This document shows positions 29,463-42,200 of a DNA stretch of 64,000 bases, in pieces; position 1 is the first letter of the stretch; every line of letters starts with the position of its first letter. The stretch spans positions 213,839 to 277,838 of the forward strand of contig CAZUHV010000001.1 in the NCBI GenBank assembly GCA_964620965.1. The letters run 5' to 3'. The notes under the pieces are model-generated. The model worked only from the letters and a program-made list of their open reading frames with translations, was not told the DNA's origin and made no database searches. The DNA comes from an uncultured Pseudomonadales bacterium. GTDB lineage: Bacteria; Patescibacteriota; Microgenomatia; UBA1400; PJMF01. Both the position numbers and the translations under genes were made by a program.

Positions 29463-29867
29463 TTATTTCTTAATCACTGTTGTTTTAACTGATAGTTTGT
29501 GACCAGCTTTTGTGAATGCTTCTTTAGCCACTGCTTCAGTTACACCACCAAGTTCAAATAAAACTTGTCCTGGTCTGACTACTGCTACGTATTCTTCGAT
29601 GGCACCTTTACCAGATCCCATTTTCACACCAACTGGTTTGCTTGTAACTGGTTTGTGTGGGAACACTTTAATCCAGTATTTACCAGCTCTTTTTGTCATA
29701 AAGGTAATCTTTTTACGTGCTGCTTCAATTTGTCTAGCAGAAACCCAACCTCTTGTAGTTGCTTGTAAACCGAACTCACCAAAGGTAACAGTATTACCTC
29801 TTTGTGCGGTTCCACGCATCTTGCCTCTAAATGCTTTACGGTATTTTGATTTCTTAGGTTGTAACAT
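29463..29867 (-). CDS. rplP: 50S ribosomal protein L16
   Basis: MLQPKKSKYRKAFRGKMRG. Confidence 0.9.
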   Translation of the reverse strand: MLQPKKSKYRKAFRGKMRGTAQRGNTVTFGEFGLQATTRGWVSARQIEAARKKITFMTKRAGKYWIKVFPHKPVTSKPVGVKMGSGKGAIEEYVAVVRPGQVLFELGGVTEAVAKEAFTKAGHKLSVKTTVIKK

Positions 29868-29869
29868 AA

Positions 29870-30520
29870 TTAGATCACTTCGCCTTTATAAATCCATACT
29901 TTGACACCAACGTAACCAGATCTAGTATTTGCTGGAGTTTCGTAGTAGTCGATATTTGCTCTTAAAGTTTGTGTTGGAACACTACCTTCAAAGTATTTCT
30001 CAGTTCTACCAATTTCTGCTCCACCAACTCTACCTGCGAGTTGAATTTTAATTCCCTTTGCACCTGCTTGCATTGTTTTCTCAAGTGCTTGAGTAACTGC
30101 ACGTCTGTGTGGGAATCTTTTTACCAATTGACCAACAATCTTTTCTGCAACCAATTTTGCACTCAAATCTGGTTTTTTGACTTCTTCGACTCTTAAATCA
30201 ATCTTAACTTTATCTTTTTTAACTTTAGATACGTTTAAGATCTTTTCAATTTCTTTTTTAACGACCTCTAAGTTAGCTCCACCTTTTCCAATAACGACAC
30301 CTGGTCTTGAGACATGTAAGATAACTTTAATTGCTGTAAGTGATCTCTCAATGTCTACTTTAACTAAACCAGCACTTGCGAGTTTATCGTTTAAAAATTT
30401 TCTGAGTTTGTAATCTTCGAGTACTATGTCAGAATAATTTTTTGGATCAGCATACCAGCGAGACTTCCATGTAAAGGTAGTGCCGATTCTGAAGCCAGTA
30501 GGATTAACTTTTTGTCCCAT
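29870..30520 (-). CDS. rpsC: 30S ribosomal protein S3
   Basis: Starts MGQKVNPTGFRIG at the internal ATG. The track start 30553 is a TTG extension. Confidence 0.9.
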   Translation of the reverse strand: MGQKVNPTGFRIGTTFTWKSRWYADPKNYSDIVLEDYKLRKFLNDKLASAGLVKVDIERSLTAIKVILHVSRPGVVIGKGGANLEVVKKEIEKILNVSKVKKDKVKIDLRVEEVKKPDLSAKLVAEKIVGQLVKRFPHRRAVTQALEKTMQAGAKGIKIQLAGRVGGAEIGRTEKYFEGSVPTQTLRANIDYYETPANTRSGYVGVKVWIYKGEVI

Positions 30521-30567
30521 ATCTTTATTTCTTATTTCCTGTTTTTTACACAAGAATGTGTATTATA

Positions 30568-31041
30568 CTACTTTTTAGCCTTTTTTACAGAGGTTTTTTT
30601 AGAAGTTGTCTTTTTTTCAACTTTTTTTGCTTCTGCTGTAACTTCTGTTTTTGTTTCTACTTTTGTATCTTTTGATTTCTCTTCTGTTTCTTTTGCAACT
30701 TTTGGAGCTACACCAGCTTCGAGTTCAACTGAAACATGGCAAGTTCTCTTAAAAATTGTGTGTGCTCTTCCTCTACTTACAGCTCTAAATCTTCTGTATG
30801 TAGGACCTGGAGTAGCAGTAATACTCTTCAAAGTTAACTCTTCAACACTAAAACCATGATTGTGTACTGCATTGGCAATAGCTTGTCTTAAAACTTTTAA
30901 GACAACTAAGCTAGCTTTTTTCTGCATTACACCAAGTTGTTGTACAGCATCAGTTAAAGGTAGTTTTCTAACTTGATTAGCTACTAATCTAACTTTAAGT
31001 GCTGTTTGTCTAGTGTTTTTTTGTGTTGCTGTAATTATCAT
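30568..31041 (-). CDS. rplV: 50S ribosomal protein L22 with Lys-rich C-terminal tail
   Basis: ALKVRLVANQVRKLPLTDAVQQL. Confidence 0.9.
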   Translation of the reverse strand: MIITATQKNTRQTALKVRLVANQVRKLPLTDAVQQLGVMQKKASLVVLKVLRQAIANAVHNHGFSVEELTLKSITATPGPTYRRFRAVSRGRAHTIFKRTCHVSVELEAGVAPKVAKETEEKSKDTKVETKTEVTAEAKKVEKKTTSKKTSVKKAKK

Positions 31042-31065
31042 TTTTTGTATTCTTTCAATTAAACC

Positions 31066-31350
31066 TTAGGTCTTAGCCAAGACACGTTTCACAACCTTAC
31101 CGTGACCTCTGAAGGTTCTTGTAGGAGCGAACTCACCAAGCTTATGTCCAACCATTGCTTCATTAACAAATACTTCAACAAAGTTCTTACCTTGATGTAC
31201 AAGGAAGGTGTGTCCAACAAAATCTGGAGAGATAACACATGCTCTGCTCCATGTCTTAATTGCGGACTTGTCTCCGTTTGCTTTTTGAACCATAACTTTC
31301 TTAAGAAGTTTTGGGTCAATAAATGGTCCTTTTTTGCTTGATCTTGACAT
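31066..31350 (-). CDS. rpsS: 30S ribosomal protein S19
   Basis: [19 protein letters not shown]. Confidence 0.9.
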   Translation of the reverse strand: MSRSSKKGPFIDPKLLKKVMVQKANGDKSAIKTWSRACVISPDFVGHTFLVHQGKNFVEVFVNEAMVGHKLGEFAPTRTFRGHGKVVKRVLAKT

Positions 31351-31365
31351 ATTATATATTTCCTA

Positions 31366-32199
31366 TTATTTAACTCTTCTGTCTCTAACAATCCATCTGT
31401 TAGTTCTGTGATTTTTCTTTCTTGTTTTCTTACCAAGTGCATGTTTGCCCCATGGTGTTTTTGGATATTTCAAACCAACTCCAGATCTACCTTCACCACC
31501 ACCGTGTGGATGTGAATCTGGGTGTTGAGCAGTTCCACGAACCGCTGGTCTGATACCCATTAAACGTTTTCTACCTGCTTTACCAATTTTTCTGTTTTTC
31601 CATTCTTGATTACCAACTTGACCAATTGTAGCGATACAATCTGCGTTAACTAATCTTAATTCTTTTGAAGGTAATTGAATTGTGACGTATTTACCTTCTT
31701 TTGCTTGAATCATTGCTCCAGTTCCAGCACTCTTAACTAATTGAGCACCTTTTCCTGGTCTTAGTTCAATGTTGTGAATAAATAAACCAATAGGAATGTT
31801 CTTTAAAGGAACTGCATTACCTGGTTTTGCGTCTGCTTTTTCACCAGCAACAACTTTGTCTCCAACTTGTAAACCTTGAGGAGCTAAGATGTATGCTTTT
31901 TCACCATCTGCATATACTAACAATGCTAAGTTTGCACTTCTCATTGGATCGTATTCAAGTCTTGAAACAACTGCTTCAATACCTTGTTTGCTTCTTTTCC
32001 AATCAATGATACGCATTCTTTTCTTAACACCACCACCTCTGTGTCTCACAGTAACGTGACCTTGGAAACCTCTTCCTTGTCTCTTTTTGTGACCAGAAAC
32101 TAATAATGATTTTTCAGGAGCACCCTTGTACAAGTCTGTACGATCAATGCTGACTTGATGTCTTCTTCCTGCTGTAGTTGGTTTTTGTTTTCTTAACAT
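31366..32199 (-). CDS. rplB: 50S ribosomal protein L2
   Basis: [16 protein letters not shown]...HPHGGGEGR. Confidence 0.9.
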   Translation of the reverse strand: MLRKQKPTTAGRRHQVSIDRTDLYKGAPEKSLLVSGHKKRQGRGFQGHVTVRHRGGGVKKRMRIIDWKRSKQGIEAVVSRLEYDPMRSANLALLVYADGEKAYILAPQGLQVGDKVVAGEKADAKPGNAVPLKNIPIGLFIHNIELRPGKGAQLVKSAGTGAMIQAKEGKYVTIQLPSKELRLVNADCIATIGQVGNQEWKNRKIGKAGRKRLMGIRPAVRGTAQHPDSHPHGGGEGRSGVGLKYPKTPWGKHALGKKTRKKNHRTNRWIVRDRRVK

Positions 32200-32216
32200 G
32201 TCGTATCTTCTAACCT

Positions 32217-32519
32217 TTAATTTTGTGCCTCAGAGATATCAAACAAATCAATTGCGTGACCCTCTTTTAAAGTAACTAATGCTTTTTTAACCTTACCTGT
32301 TGTGACAGATAATCTTCTCTTACCAGTTCTTTTGACACCTTTTTGGTTCACAACAGTTCTAATTGAAGCTACTTCAACAGAAAATAACTTTTCAATAGCT
32401 TCTGTGATTTGGTCTTTGTTTGCAGTTGTTTGAACAACAAAAGTGTATGTGTTGTCAACGTTTGCAAGTCTTAAAGACTTTTCTGTAATAACTGGTTTAA
32501 TAACAATGTAAGGATTCAT
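32217..32519 (-). CDS. rplW: 50S ribosomal protein L23
   Basis: Position and size; [15 protein letters not shown]. Confidence 0.85.
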   Translation of the reverse strand: MNPYIVIKPVITEKSLRLANVDNTYTFVVQTTANKDQITEAIEKLFSVEVASIRTVVNQKGVKRTGKRRLSVTTGKVKKALVTLKEGHAIDLFDISEAQN

Positions 32520-32521
32520 AC

Positions 32522-33217
32522 TTATTTACTCTTTTTTTCAGTTTTTTCTACCTTAGCACTTGTAGCTTTTTCAGCTTTTGGTGCTTCTTTTTTAGCTTTA
32601 ACTTCAAGTCTTTTTTCGATATTTTTTAATGCTTTGCTTGTCATAACAACTGAATCAGCTGATGCAATATCAAGAGCATTTACTAAAGCATCCTGGACAA
32701 TTTCGATTCTTTCGATATTTCTGAATGCTTTTAACACATCTTTTGTATCTTCGTCTAAGATGAGTAAAACTTTTTTGCCTGTGACATTAATTGTGTCTAA
32801 GAATTTTGCAGCATTTTTGGTTTTACCTTCAATTTCTGCAAAGTTATCAGCAACAACAATGTTTTCTGCTTGTGCACTTAATGCAGTAATTAATGCTTTT
32901 TTCTTCATTTTCTTTGAAAGATCTCTGTCCCAATTTTCAATACCTTTAGGACCGTGAGCAACACCTCCTCCAACAAAAATTGGAGCTGATTTTGCACCAT
33001 GACGTGCGTTACCCGTACCTTTTTGTTTCCAGATTTTTCTTCTAGAACCAGTAACTTCACCTCTTGTTTTAACTCTGCTTGTACCTTGTCTCTTGTTTGA
33101 TAAGTAGACTCTTACTGCTTGAGCTAAAAGTTCTGTATTAACTGCTGCACCAAAAACGTCATCACTGACAGTGACAGTAGAAAATTTGTTAGCTGCTGTG
33201 ATACTTGTAACTTTCAT
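32522..33217 (-). CDS. rplD: 50S ribosomal protein L4 with Lys-rich C-terminal tail
   Basis: NKRQGTSRVKTRGEVTGSRRKIWKQKGTGNARHG. Confidence 0.9.
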   Translation of the reverse strand: MKVTSITAANKFSTVTVSDDVFGAAVNTELLAQAVRVYLSNKRQGTSRVKTRGEVTGSRRKIWKQKGTGNARHGAKSAPIFVGGGVAHGPKGIENWDRDLSKKMKKKALITALSAQAENIVVADNFAEIEGKTKNAAKFLDTINVTGKKVLLILDEDTKDVLKAFRNIERIEIVQDALVNALDIASADSVVMTSKALKNIEKRLEVKAKKEAPKAEKATSAKVEKTEKKSK

Positions 33218-33220
33218 GTC

Positions 33221-33997
33221 TTATTCTGCGCTTTCTTCTGTAACTTCTTCTTTTGGTTCCTCTTTTGGAAGAACAATGTTTGAAGCATCGTAATCGAGTT
33301 CAATTGCTTTGGTTTTACCAATTTTTGTGATTTTGACTTCATTCATGATAGAACCTGGAACAGGACCTGAAAGCCAAATTTCGTTATTTGCTGTATCAAT
33401 GTGTAAAACGACTAAACCAGTAACTGTTTTTGTCTCTACACCATAGTGTCCAGGCATTCTTTGGCCTTTCCAAACGTGACCTGGAGTTGTACCAGGACCA
33501 ATAGAACCAACTGCTCTTGCACGATCAGATTGACCGTGTGTAGCTGGACCACCATGAAAACCATGTCTCTTCATTGCACCAGCAAATCCGCGACCTTTGG
33601 TAGTACCTTGAACTTGAACAACATCACCAACTGTTAAGACTGCGTCTGCAGAAATAACATCACCAACTTTATAGTCAGTTTCTGTTGCTGGCATATGTTT
33701 GTCATTAACAACTCTGACACCTTCAATATTCTTGTATCCAAAAGAAAAACCACCTTTTTCTAGTCTAGATCGAAGTGGTTTATCCATATTTTTGAGTTTT
33801 TTCTTACCATAGCCAACTTCTAAAATTGTGCAAGGAAGGGTTTCTCTTTTTTGTGAATTCTTATCAAGGACAGCAATTTCTTGCTTACCAACGACTGCCA
33901 TTTCATCGAGTGAAACACGAGTCACAGCCAAGCGTTGACCTTTCTTTGTCCAAGCTTGTGTCATACCTAATTTGGTAGCAAATGTGTCTAATATCAT
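33221..33997 (-). CDS. rplC: 50S ribosomal protein L3
   Basis: MILDTFATKLGMTQAW...VQGTTKGRGFAG. Confidence 0.9.
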   Translation of the reverse strand: MILDTFATKLGMTQAWTKKGQRLAVTRVSLDEMAVVGKQEIAVLDKNSQKRETLPCTILEVGYGKKKLKNMDKPLRSRLEKGGFSFGYKNIEGVRVVNDKHMPATETDYKVGDVISADAVLTVGDVVQVQGTTKGRGFAGAMKRHGFHGGPATHGQSDRARAVGSIGPGTTPGHVWKGQRMPGHYGVETKTVTGLVVLHIDTANNEIWLSGPVPGSIMNEVKITKIGKTKAIELDYDASNIVLPKEEPKEEVTEESAE

Positions 33998-34103
33998 ACC
34001 AATAATATCTATAATTCAATTTTTTTACTATTTCTTTAATTAGTTCTTGATACATCTTTTTATATATATCGAACCTTTATTTCTCTACTTAGTAATATCT
34101 CCA

Positions 34104-34436
34104 TTACATCTTGATTTGAATTGAAACACCTGCTGGTAGTTCCAAATGCATCAAGGAGTCGATGGTTTTACTTGTTGGATTGACAATGTCAATCAAACGT
34201 TTGTGAGTCTTAATATGGTAGTGCTCTTGAGCATTCTTGTCTGTGTGTGGAGATACCAACACAGTGAATTCTCTTTTGTGTGTAGGAAGAGGAACTGGTC
34301 CAACAACCTTAGCACCTGTTGAGAGCGCTGTTTCCAAAATCTTTTGTCCTGCAGCATCAATTACTCTGTGATCATAAGATTTTAGTCTTACACGAATCTT
34401 ATATGCAGCGTTGGTTTTTTGATTTTGTTTTGCCAT
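34104..34436 (-). CDS. rpsJ: 30S ribosomal protein S10
   Basis: [21 protein letters not shown]. Confidence 0.9.
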   Translation of the reverse strand: MAKQNQKTNAAYKIRVRLKSYDHRVIDAAGQKILETALSTGAKVVGPVPLPTHKREFTVLVSPHTDKNAQEHYHIKTHKRLIDIVNPTSKTIDSLMHLELPAGVSIQIKM

Positions 34437-34507
34437 TTTTGTAACTCTATTTTTTAATATTACTTAGTATCTTTTTTTATTTCTACGTATTTAAAACGTA
34501 GGACGCA

Positions 34508-34536
34508 ATTATACACAATATTCCTCAAGTTGTAAA
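34508..34536 (-). promoter_or_regulatory. sigma70-like promoter of the S10 operon (TTTACA, 17 nt spacer, TATAAT), with a small hairpin in the leader
   Basis: Hexamers read on the minus strand. A downstream leader hairpin CTACGT-ATTTAAA-ACGTAG lies at about 34483-34501. Confidence 0.5.
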
Positions 34537-34634
34537 GCCTGGAAGCTAAACTTTGTTTTTTTTGGTAAAAAACTAGATTATATATTTGTATGTACAATCC
34601 ACTTGTTAACCAAAAAAACTTGGTGCTTCAAACT

Positions 34635-34663
34635 TTTCGCCCCGCGAAAAGCGGGGCGAAAGT
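34635..34663 (-). other. GC-rich perfect stem-loop between tuf and the S10 promoter
   Basis: TTTCGCCCCGC-GAAAA-GCGGGGCGAAA has an 11-bp stem. No clean U-tract on the minus strand, so it may be a processing or attenuation element. Confidence 0.4.
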
Positions 34664-34680
34664 TTAAATTCAATACTTAA

Positions 34681-35874
34681 TTATTTAAGAATCTTGGTGA
34701 TAGCACCTGCACCAATTGTGTGTCCACCTTCACGAATAGCGAAGCGAAGACCTTCTGCTGCTGCGACTGGAACAATAAGTTTAACAGTCATCTTAGCATC
34801 GTCACCTGGCATAACCATTTCAACTCCATCTGGAAGTTTGATTTCACCAGTAACGTCTGTTGTTCTGATATAGAACTGTGGTCTATAACCTGTAAAGAAT
34901 GGTTTGTGTCTTCCACCTTCTTCTTTGGTTAAGATATAGACTTGTGCTTCGAATTCAGTGTGAACTGAGGTTGAACCTGGTTTAGATAAAACTTGACCTC
35001 TTTCGACGTCGTCTTTACCAACACCTCTTAACAAGATACCAACGTTGTCACCTGCTTCACCTTGATCAAGCATTTTACGGAACATTTCAACACCAGTAAC
35101 TGTTGTTTTTTGTGTGTCTTTAATACCAGTGATTTCAACTTCTTCACCTACTTTAACAACACCAGTTTCAATACGACCTGTAACAACTGTACCTCTACCT
35201 TTGATAGAGAAAACGTCTTCAACAGGCATTAAGAATGGTTTGTCTAATTCTCTGACTGGGTCAGGAATGTATGTGTCGACTGCACCCATAAGTTCCATAA
35301 TTTGATCTTGTGCTGCAGCATCGCCTTCAAGAGCTTTCAAAGCTGAAACTCTGTGAACTGGAGCGGAGTCACCGTCAAATCCATATTTGGTTAAGAGTTC
35401 TCTGACTTCCATTTCGACTAAGTCGAGAAGTTCAGCGTCATCAACCATATCACATTTGTTTAATGCAACAACTAATCTTGGAACTGCAACTTGTTTTGCC
35501 AACAAGATATGCTCACGGGTTTGTGGCATTGGACCATCTGTAGCTGCAACAACTAAAATTGCACCGTCCATTTGAGCTGCACCAGTGATCATGTTCTTGA
35601 TGTAGTCAGCGTGACCTGGAGCGTCAATGTGTGCATAGTGTCTTTTCTCTGTTTCGTATTCGATGTGAGAAATGTTAATTGTAACACCACGTGCTGCTTC
35701 TTCTGGAGCATTGTCAATGTCCAAGTAATTTTTTGCTACATTAACTCCACCTGGAACTCTTGCTGCCAAAGTGGTAGCAATAGCTGCAGTAAGAGTGGTT
35801 TTACCGTGGTCAACGTGACCAATAGTACCGATGTTTACGTGCTTTTTATCACGATTGTATTTTACATCTGCCAT
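34681..35874 (-). CDS. tuf: elongation factor Tu
   Basis: [35 protein letters not shown]. Confidence 0.95.
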   Translation of the reverse strand: MADVKYNRDKKHVNIGTIGHVDHGKTTLTAAIATTLAARVPGGVNVAKNYLDIDNAPEEAARGVTINISHIEYETEKRHYAHIDAPGHADYIKNMITGAAQMDGAILVVAATDGPMPQTREHILLAKQVAVPRLVVALNKCDMVDDAELLDLVEMEVRELLTKYGFDGDSAPVHRVSALKALEGDAAAQDQIMELMGAVDTYIPDPVRELDKPFLMPVEDVFSIKGRGTVVTGRIETGVVKVGEEVEITGIKDTQKTTVTGVEMFRKMLDQGEAGDNVGILLRGVGKDDVERGQVLSKPGSTSVHTEFEAQVYILTKEEGGRHKPFFTGYRPQFYIRTTDVTGEIKLPDGVEMVMPGDDAKMTVKLIVPVAAAEGLRFAIREGGHTIGAGAITKILK

Positions 35875-35987
35875 AAAAGGGCCTCCTATTAATAATTTAC
35901 TAAATTATTTCTACTTTCTACTCGAGTCTAATATTATATTTGCTTCTGTTTAATCTGTCGAGAAGCAGTTACTATATCAGACCATTT

Positions 35988-38114
35988 TTACGCGTTACTT
36001 GATTTTTGATCTGCAACAATTTTTTCTGTAATGTTGTTTGGAACAAAGTCATAGTGACTTGGCAACATAACAGAAGATGCGCGACCTTTGGTCATACTTC
36101 TTAAAGTTGTGACATATCCTTGCATTTCTGCTAATGGAGCTAATGCTGTGATAATTGTAACACTACCTCTTGAAGTTGTTCCTTGAATTTGTGCTCTTCT
36201 TGAACCTAGATCACCAATAACGTCTCCCATGTATTCTTCTGGAGTAGAAACTTCAACCTTCATAATAGGTTCAAGTAACATCATTCCAGCTTGTGCGGTT
36301 GCACTCTTCATAGCCAAAGAACCAGCCATCTTAAATGCAATTTCACTAGAGTCAACATCATGGTAAGAACCATCATAGAGTGTAACTTTAATGTCACTCA
36401 TTGGGTATCCAGCAAGGAAACCTCTTTCTAATGATTCTTGTACACCTTTATCTGTTGGTTTGATGAATTCTTTAGGAACAACACCACCAGTAATTGCATT
36501 GACAAATTCGTAACCAGTTCCACGATCTTTTGGTTCAACTTTCAACCAAACATGACCATATTGACCACGACCACCAGACTGTTTGATGTATTTACCTTCA
36601 GCTTCTGCTGGTTTGGTAATAGTTTCTCTGTACGCAACTTGTGGAGTACCAACGTTAGCATCAACTTTGAACTCTCTTTTCATACGATCAACGAGAATTT
36701 CAAGATGTAATTCACCCATACCACCGATAATAGTTTGTCCAGTTTCTGGGTTGGATTTAATAGAAAAGGTTGGATCTTCTTCGGAAAGTTTTGCTAAAGC
36801 AAGTCCCATTTTTTCTTGGTCTGATTTTGTTTTTGGTTCAATTGCCAAAGAAATAACTGGATCTGCAAAAGTAATACCTTCAAGAACAATTGGATGTGCT
36901 TCATCACAAAGTGTGTCTCCAGTTTTTGTTGCTTTAAGACCAACAATTGCGACAATTTCACCTGCTTCTGCTCTTGCAATTTCTTCTCTTTCGTTTGCAT
37001 GCATTAAGAGTAAACGACCAACTCTTTCTTTTTCTCTAGAAGTTGAGTTATAAATATAACTACCTGCTTCAAGAACTCCAGAATATACACGAGTGTAGGT
37101 AATTCTACCAACGTGTGGGTCTGTTTGAACTTTAAATGCCAATGCACAGAATTTTTCGTTAGGAACGAGTTTTCTCTCTTCTTTTGCTTCAGTTTTTGGA
37201 TTTGTACCTTCAATATGGTTAATATCAACTGGAGATGGAAGGTATTCTACGACTGCGTCAAGAACAGGTTGTACACCAGTATTCTTTAATGAAGAACCTG
37301 CATAAACTGGAACTAATTTGTAATCAATAACTGCTTTTCTTAAAGCAGCTTTTAATTCATTAAGTTCAAGCTCTTCACCACCAAAGAATTTTTCAAGAAG
37401 TGCATCGTCTGTTTCTGCAATTTGCTCAACAAGTTGTGCTCTTTTTTCTTCAACAATTGCCTTGTATTCTTCTGGAATTTCACGAACGTCTGGTTCTGTT
37501 GCTTCAGTTTTGTCTTCCCAAAAAAGTGCTTTTCTCTCGAGAAGTTGGATAACTCCGTCAAACTCACTTTCAGCACCCATTGGATGAACCATAACTGCTG
37601 GAGTGACCCCAAATTTTTCTCTAATATCTTGAACTGTTGCATAAAAATCTGCACCAAGTTTATCCATTTTGTTAACAAAACAAATTCTTGGAACATTATA
37701 TTTATCAGCTTGTCTCCACACTGTTTCTGATTGTGATTGGACACCTTCAGAAGCATCAAGAACAGTAATACCTCCATCAAGAACACGTAAAGAACGTTCT
37801 ACTTCTGCAGTAAAGTCAACGTGCCCTGGAGTATCAATAATGTTAAATCTGTAAGGAGCTTTTTCTAGGTGAACATCAAAGTGAGGCTCCCAGAAACAGG
37901 TTGTTGCAGCACTGACAATGGTAATACCACGTTCTTGTTCTTGTTCCATCCAGTCCATTGTTGCAGCACCTTCGTGAACTTCACCAATTTTGTAAGTTCT
38001 TCCAGTAAAAAACAATATTCTTTCTGAAGTTGTTGTTTTACCTGCATCGATGTGCGCAATGATACCGATATTTCTAATTCTATGTAATGGAACGTTTTTT
38101 GGTTTGCCTGCCAT
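35988..38114 (-). CDS. fusA: elongation factor G
   Basis: [23 protein letters not shown]. 708 aa. Confidence 0.95.
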   Translation of the reverse strand: MAGKPKNVPLHRIRNIGIIAHIDAGKTTTSERILFFTGRTYKIGEVHEGAATMDWMEQEQERGITIVSAATTCFWEPHFDVHLEKAPYRFNIIDTPGHVDFTAEVERSLRVLDGGITVLDASEGVQSQSETVWRQADKYNVPRICFVNKMDKLGADFYATVQDIREKFGVTPAVMVHPMGAESEFDGVIQLLERKALFWEDKTEATEPDVREIPEEYKAIVEEKRAQLVEQIAETDDALLEKFFGGEELELNELKAALRKAVIDYKLVPVYAGSSLKNTGVQPVLDAVVEYLPSPVDINHIEGTNPKTEAKEERKLVPNEKFCALAFKVQTDPHVGRITYTRVYSGVLEAGSYIYNSTSREKERVGRLLLMHANEREEIARAEAGEIVAIVGLKATKTGDTLCDEAHPIVLEGITFADPVISLAIEPKTKSDQEKMGLALAKLSEEDPTFSIKSNPETGQTIIGGMGELHLEILVDRMKREFKVDANVGTPQVAYRETITKPAEAEGKYIKQSGGRGQYGHVWLKVEPKDRGTGYEFVNAITGGVVPKEFIKPTDKGVQESLERGFLAGYPMSDIKVTLYDGSYHDVDSSEIAFKMAGSLAMKSATAQAGMMLLEPIMKVEVSTPEEYMGDVIGDLGSRRAQIQGTTSRGSVTIITALAPLAEMQGYVTTLRSMTKGRASSVMLPSHYDFVPNNITEKIVADQKSSNA

Positions 38115-38138
38115 ATCCTTTGTGCTTTCTTAACTAGT

Positions 38139-38615
38139 TTACCATCTAAAGTGTGCGAATGCCTTGTTAGCGTCAGCCATTCTGTGTGAAGTGTTTCTCT
38201 TACCAACTGCTCCACCTTGTCCTTCTAATGCGTCTAACATTTCAGCAACAAGTTTTTCAGCAAATGTGTGATGTAATTTGCTTGGTCTTTTAGCAGCTTC
38301 TGTGACTAACCATCTTAAAGCTAGTGCAAAACCTCTTTTTGCTCTAACTGGCATTGGGACTTGATAAGAAGCACCACCAACACGGCGTGATCTTACTTCC
38401 ATTTGAGGGGTAATTGCTTTAACAACTTCTTCAAATGCTTCTACTGGTTTTCTACCAGTTTTTTCTGCAAGCATTTCAAGTGCGCCATACACTTGTTTTT
38501 GAGCAACGGTTTTCTTACCGTCGTTCATTACGTAGTTGATAAATTTTGTAACTCTTGTTGAGTTATACTTGCCATCAGGCAATACTTTTCTGACTGGAGC
38601 TTTTTTAGTTCTCAT
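38139..38615 (-). CDS. rpsG: 30S ribosomal protein S7
   Basis: Position after rpsL; RVGGASYQVPMPV. Confidence 0.9.
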   Translation of the reverse strand: MRTKKAPVRKVLPDGKYNSTRVTKFINYVMNDGKKTVAQKQVYGALEMLAEKTGRKPVEAFEEVVKAITPQMEVRSRRVGGASYQVPMPVRAKRGFALALRWLVTEAAKRPSKLHHTFAEKLVAEMLDALEGQGGAVGKRNTSHRMADANKAFAHFRW

Positions 38616-38707
38616 GATACTTTCTTCTCCGCTTCTGTCGTGTAGGTTTCTACCTACAAGCGAATACTTTCATTACTAATTTTTTATACTTTTATATATC
38701 TATATTA

Positions 38708-39121
38708 TTATGCGTTTTTCTTTACACCATATTTACTGCGTGAAGTTTTTCTTCCATTAACACCGGCGGCATCATATTTACCTCTAACGATGTGGTACTT
38801 CACACCAGGTAAGTCTTTTACTCTTCCACCTCTAACTAAAACGATGCTGTGTTCTGCCAATGAGTGACCTTCACCCATAATGTATGCAGTAACTTCCATT
38901 TTGTTTGAGAGTCTTACACGAGCAACTTTACGTAAAGCTGAGTTAGGTTTCTTTGGAGTCATTGTTTTAACAACAGTACATACCCCACGTTTTTGAGGGT
39001 TGGTTGTTTTAACTTGTTTACCAGTATTAGAGTTAAAACTTCTACGAAGTGCTTGGGCTTTAACTTTCTTAGGTTTACTCTTACGTCCACCTTTTCTAAT
39101 TAACTGATTTATTGTTGGCAT
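38708..39121 (-). CDS. rpsL: 30S ribosomal protein S12
   Basis: Starts [14 protein letters not shown] at the internal ATG. The upstream in-frame codons are probably spurious. Confidence 0.9.
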   Translation of the reverse strand: MPTINQLIRKGGRKSKPKKVKAQALRRSFNSNTGKQVKTTNPQKRGVCTVVKTMTPKKPNSALRKVARVRLSNKMEVTAYIMGEGHSLAEHSIVLVRGGRVKDLPGVKYHIVRGKYDAAGVNGRKTSRSKYGVKKNA

Positions 39122-39285
39122 AGTTTGCTTTCTTAATTTTTGTTTTTTTGTTTTGTTTCTAGTATTGTTATGTCGCGCTTTTTTTTGCACACTACTACCA
39201 AAAAATAACGCGAGAACTGATTATATCACAGAAAGTTATTTTGTTGAGGCGCAACTTTTCAGTTGCGCCTCAAATAAACTTCGTT

Positions 39286-42200
39286 TTAAACTTTAAGCTC
39301 TGCTCTTTCTCTACTGGTTGGAATCAAACGACCAATGATGACGTTTTCCTTCAAACCTTCAAGATCATCAATATCACCTGCAGAAGCTGCGTCAGTTAAC
39401 ACATTCTTGGTGTGTTGGAATGATGCTGCAGATAACCATGAAGAGGTAAAGAGTGAAGATCTGGTAATACCTAAGAATAAAACTTTAGCTGTTGCTGGTT
39501 CACCACCTGCAGCCATTGCTTCATCGTTAGCTTCCATAAATCTTGCTCTTTCAATAACCTCACCAGTTAAGAAATCTGTATCACCTGCTGATTCAATCAT
39601 GACTTTATCAGACATCTTTCTGATAATAACTTCAAAGTGTTTGTCGTGAATAGGAATACCTTGAGACTCATACACTGCTTGAACTTGGTCAATTGTATAT
39701 TGTTGAGTTTGTGTTAAACCGGTAACAACCATAAGTTCTTTTGGACTGATTGATCCAGAAGTAAGTTGTTGTCCCGCATAGACAAGTTCGCCGTCTTCAA
39801 CAACAATATCTGCTGTTGCAGCAACTTTGTACTCGACTTCTTCAACAGGAGATGAGGTAGTTCTCACAGTGATAACAATCTCTTTGTCTGTTTCTTCTAG
39901 TGAAACCTTACCTGAAATCTCAGCAATAAGCGCTTGATTCTTTGGATTTCTTGCTTCAAGAAGTTCCTCGACACGTGGTAAACCTTGAGTCACGTCAGCA
40001 CCAACGATACCACCTTTATGTTTGGTTCTCATTGTAAGCTGTGTACCTGGCTCACCAATAGATTGTGCAGCCAAGATACCTACTGGAACACCAATTTCGA
40101 TCATCTTGGATGTCGAGAAATCGACACCATAACATTGTGCACAAAGTCCTTTTGGAGCTTCACAGGTTAATGGAGATCTCACATCAACAGTTGATAAACC
40201 TGCTTCTACAAGTTCTTCTGACAACTCTGTTGTAAGAAGTGTACCTTTTTCAGCTACAACTTTACCGTTGATAACTGCATCATTTGCTAAAATTCTTCCA
40301 GAAATTCTGGTTGCAAAAATGTCTGCTCTGTCTTCATTGTTAATAGTAATGAATTCTTCTGTTCCACAGTCTTCTAGTCTGATAATTGCATCATGAGAAA
40401 CATCACAAAGACGTCTAGTAAGATACCCTGCATCAGCTGTTTTAATAGCAGAGTCAGTCAAACCTTTACGTGAACCTCTTGCAGATGTCACATACTCGAA
40501 AATTGTCAAACCTTCTCTAAAGTTAGACTTTGTAGGCATTTCGACAATGTTTCCAAGTGGGTCAACAACCAAACCACGCATAGCAGCAAGCTGTTTAACC
40601 TGGTCTTTTGAAGCACGAGTACCACCTGATTCGATAATCACTTTAACCGCGTTATCAGATGAGTATGTTTTCCATGTTTTTTCTGCAATATCTTCTGTTG
40701 TATCAATCCAAACATCAAATGAAAGTCTCTTTCTTTCTTCAAGTGCGATCATACCTTCATTGTATTGTTCTTGGATTTCTTCAACTTTCTTGTTTGCAGC
40801 TTCAATGATTTGATCTTTTTCTGGGATCATTTCACAGTCTGAAACAGAAACTGAAATACCAGAAACTGTTGCAGCTTCAAAACCTAAATCTTTAATGCTG
40901 TCAATCAATGTTGTCACAGTATCTCTGTCTAAAGTCTTGATTGCTGTTGTGACCAATTGTTTGATTCTCTTTGCAGGAACGGCTTCGTTGATGAAACCAA
41001 ATTCTTCTGGGAGAAGATCATTGAATTGCAATCTTCCAACAGTTGTTTCTACAACCTTGTTTGCACCATTAACCTCAGTTCTAACCTTTGCAAGTTGTCT
41101 TAAACCAAGTCTTCCAACTTGATATGCATGGTATGCCTCATCCTTTGAAGCAAAAATTCCAGGGAACATATCTAGTTTTTCATTAATTGCTGTGTGGTAA
41201 TAGACACCCATTGCCATTTCTTTGTTAGGAATGGTAATTGGCTCACCGTTTGCAGGTTTCAAAAGGTTGTGTGTTGCCATCATCAATTCTTGAGCTTCTT
41301 CTTGAGCTTTCTTTGTTAATGGAACGTGGACAGCCATTTGGTCACCATCAAAGTCAGCGTTGTATCCTGAACAAACACATGGATGCAATCGAATAGCATT
41401 TCCTTCAATCAAAATTGGGAAGAAAGCCTGCATACCGAGTTTGTGCAAAGTTGGCGCACGGTTCAAGATAACTGGATGGTTTTTGGTAACTTGCTCGAGA
41501 ATGTCGTAAACCTCTGGTTCATGTCTTTCGATTAAGTGTTTTGCACTCTTAACGTTTGGAGCAATACCATTGACAATGAGTTCTCTTAAGACATAAGGTT
41601 TGAACATTTCCAAAGCCATATCTTTTGGTAAACCACATTCGTTAAGTTTAAGTTCTGGACCAACAACGATAACTGAACGTCCAGAATAGTCGACACGTTT
41701 ACCAAGAAGGTTTTGTCTGAAACGACCTTGTTTACCTTTAAGCATTTCACTTAAGGATTTAAGTGGTCTTCTTGTTTGTCTTCTTCTAGATGCTCTTGCG
41801 CTAGAACCGTCAATCAATGAGTCAACTGCTTCTTGAAGCATACGTTTTTCATTTCTTAAAATGATTTCTGGAGCGCCAAGTTCAATTAAGTGTTTCAAAC
41901 GGTTATTACGGTTAATAACTCTTCTGTATAAGTCGTTAAGGTCTGATGTTGCAAATCTACCACCGGATAATTGAACCATAGGTCTTAAGTCTGGTGGGAT
42001 AACTGGTAATACAGTCATGAACATCCAAGATGGTTTTATTCTTGCTTTTCTTAAGCCTTCAACAACTCTTAATCTCTTGGTTGCTTTCAGACGTTTTGCA
42101 CCTTTAGATTCAGCTACTTGGTCTCTTAGTTTGACAACCAAATCATCCAAATCGACTTCAGAAACGAGTTCTAAAATACTCTCTGCACCCATACCAACTC

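Noticed and set aside
31089-31442. 117-aa minus-strand ORF
   Set aside because: Alternate frame overlapping rpsS and the rplB start.
34635-34663. GC stem-loop as a simple intrinsic terminator of tuf
   Set aside because: No U-tract follows on the transcribed (minus) strand, so it is kept as a generic stem-loop.
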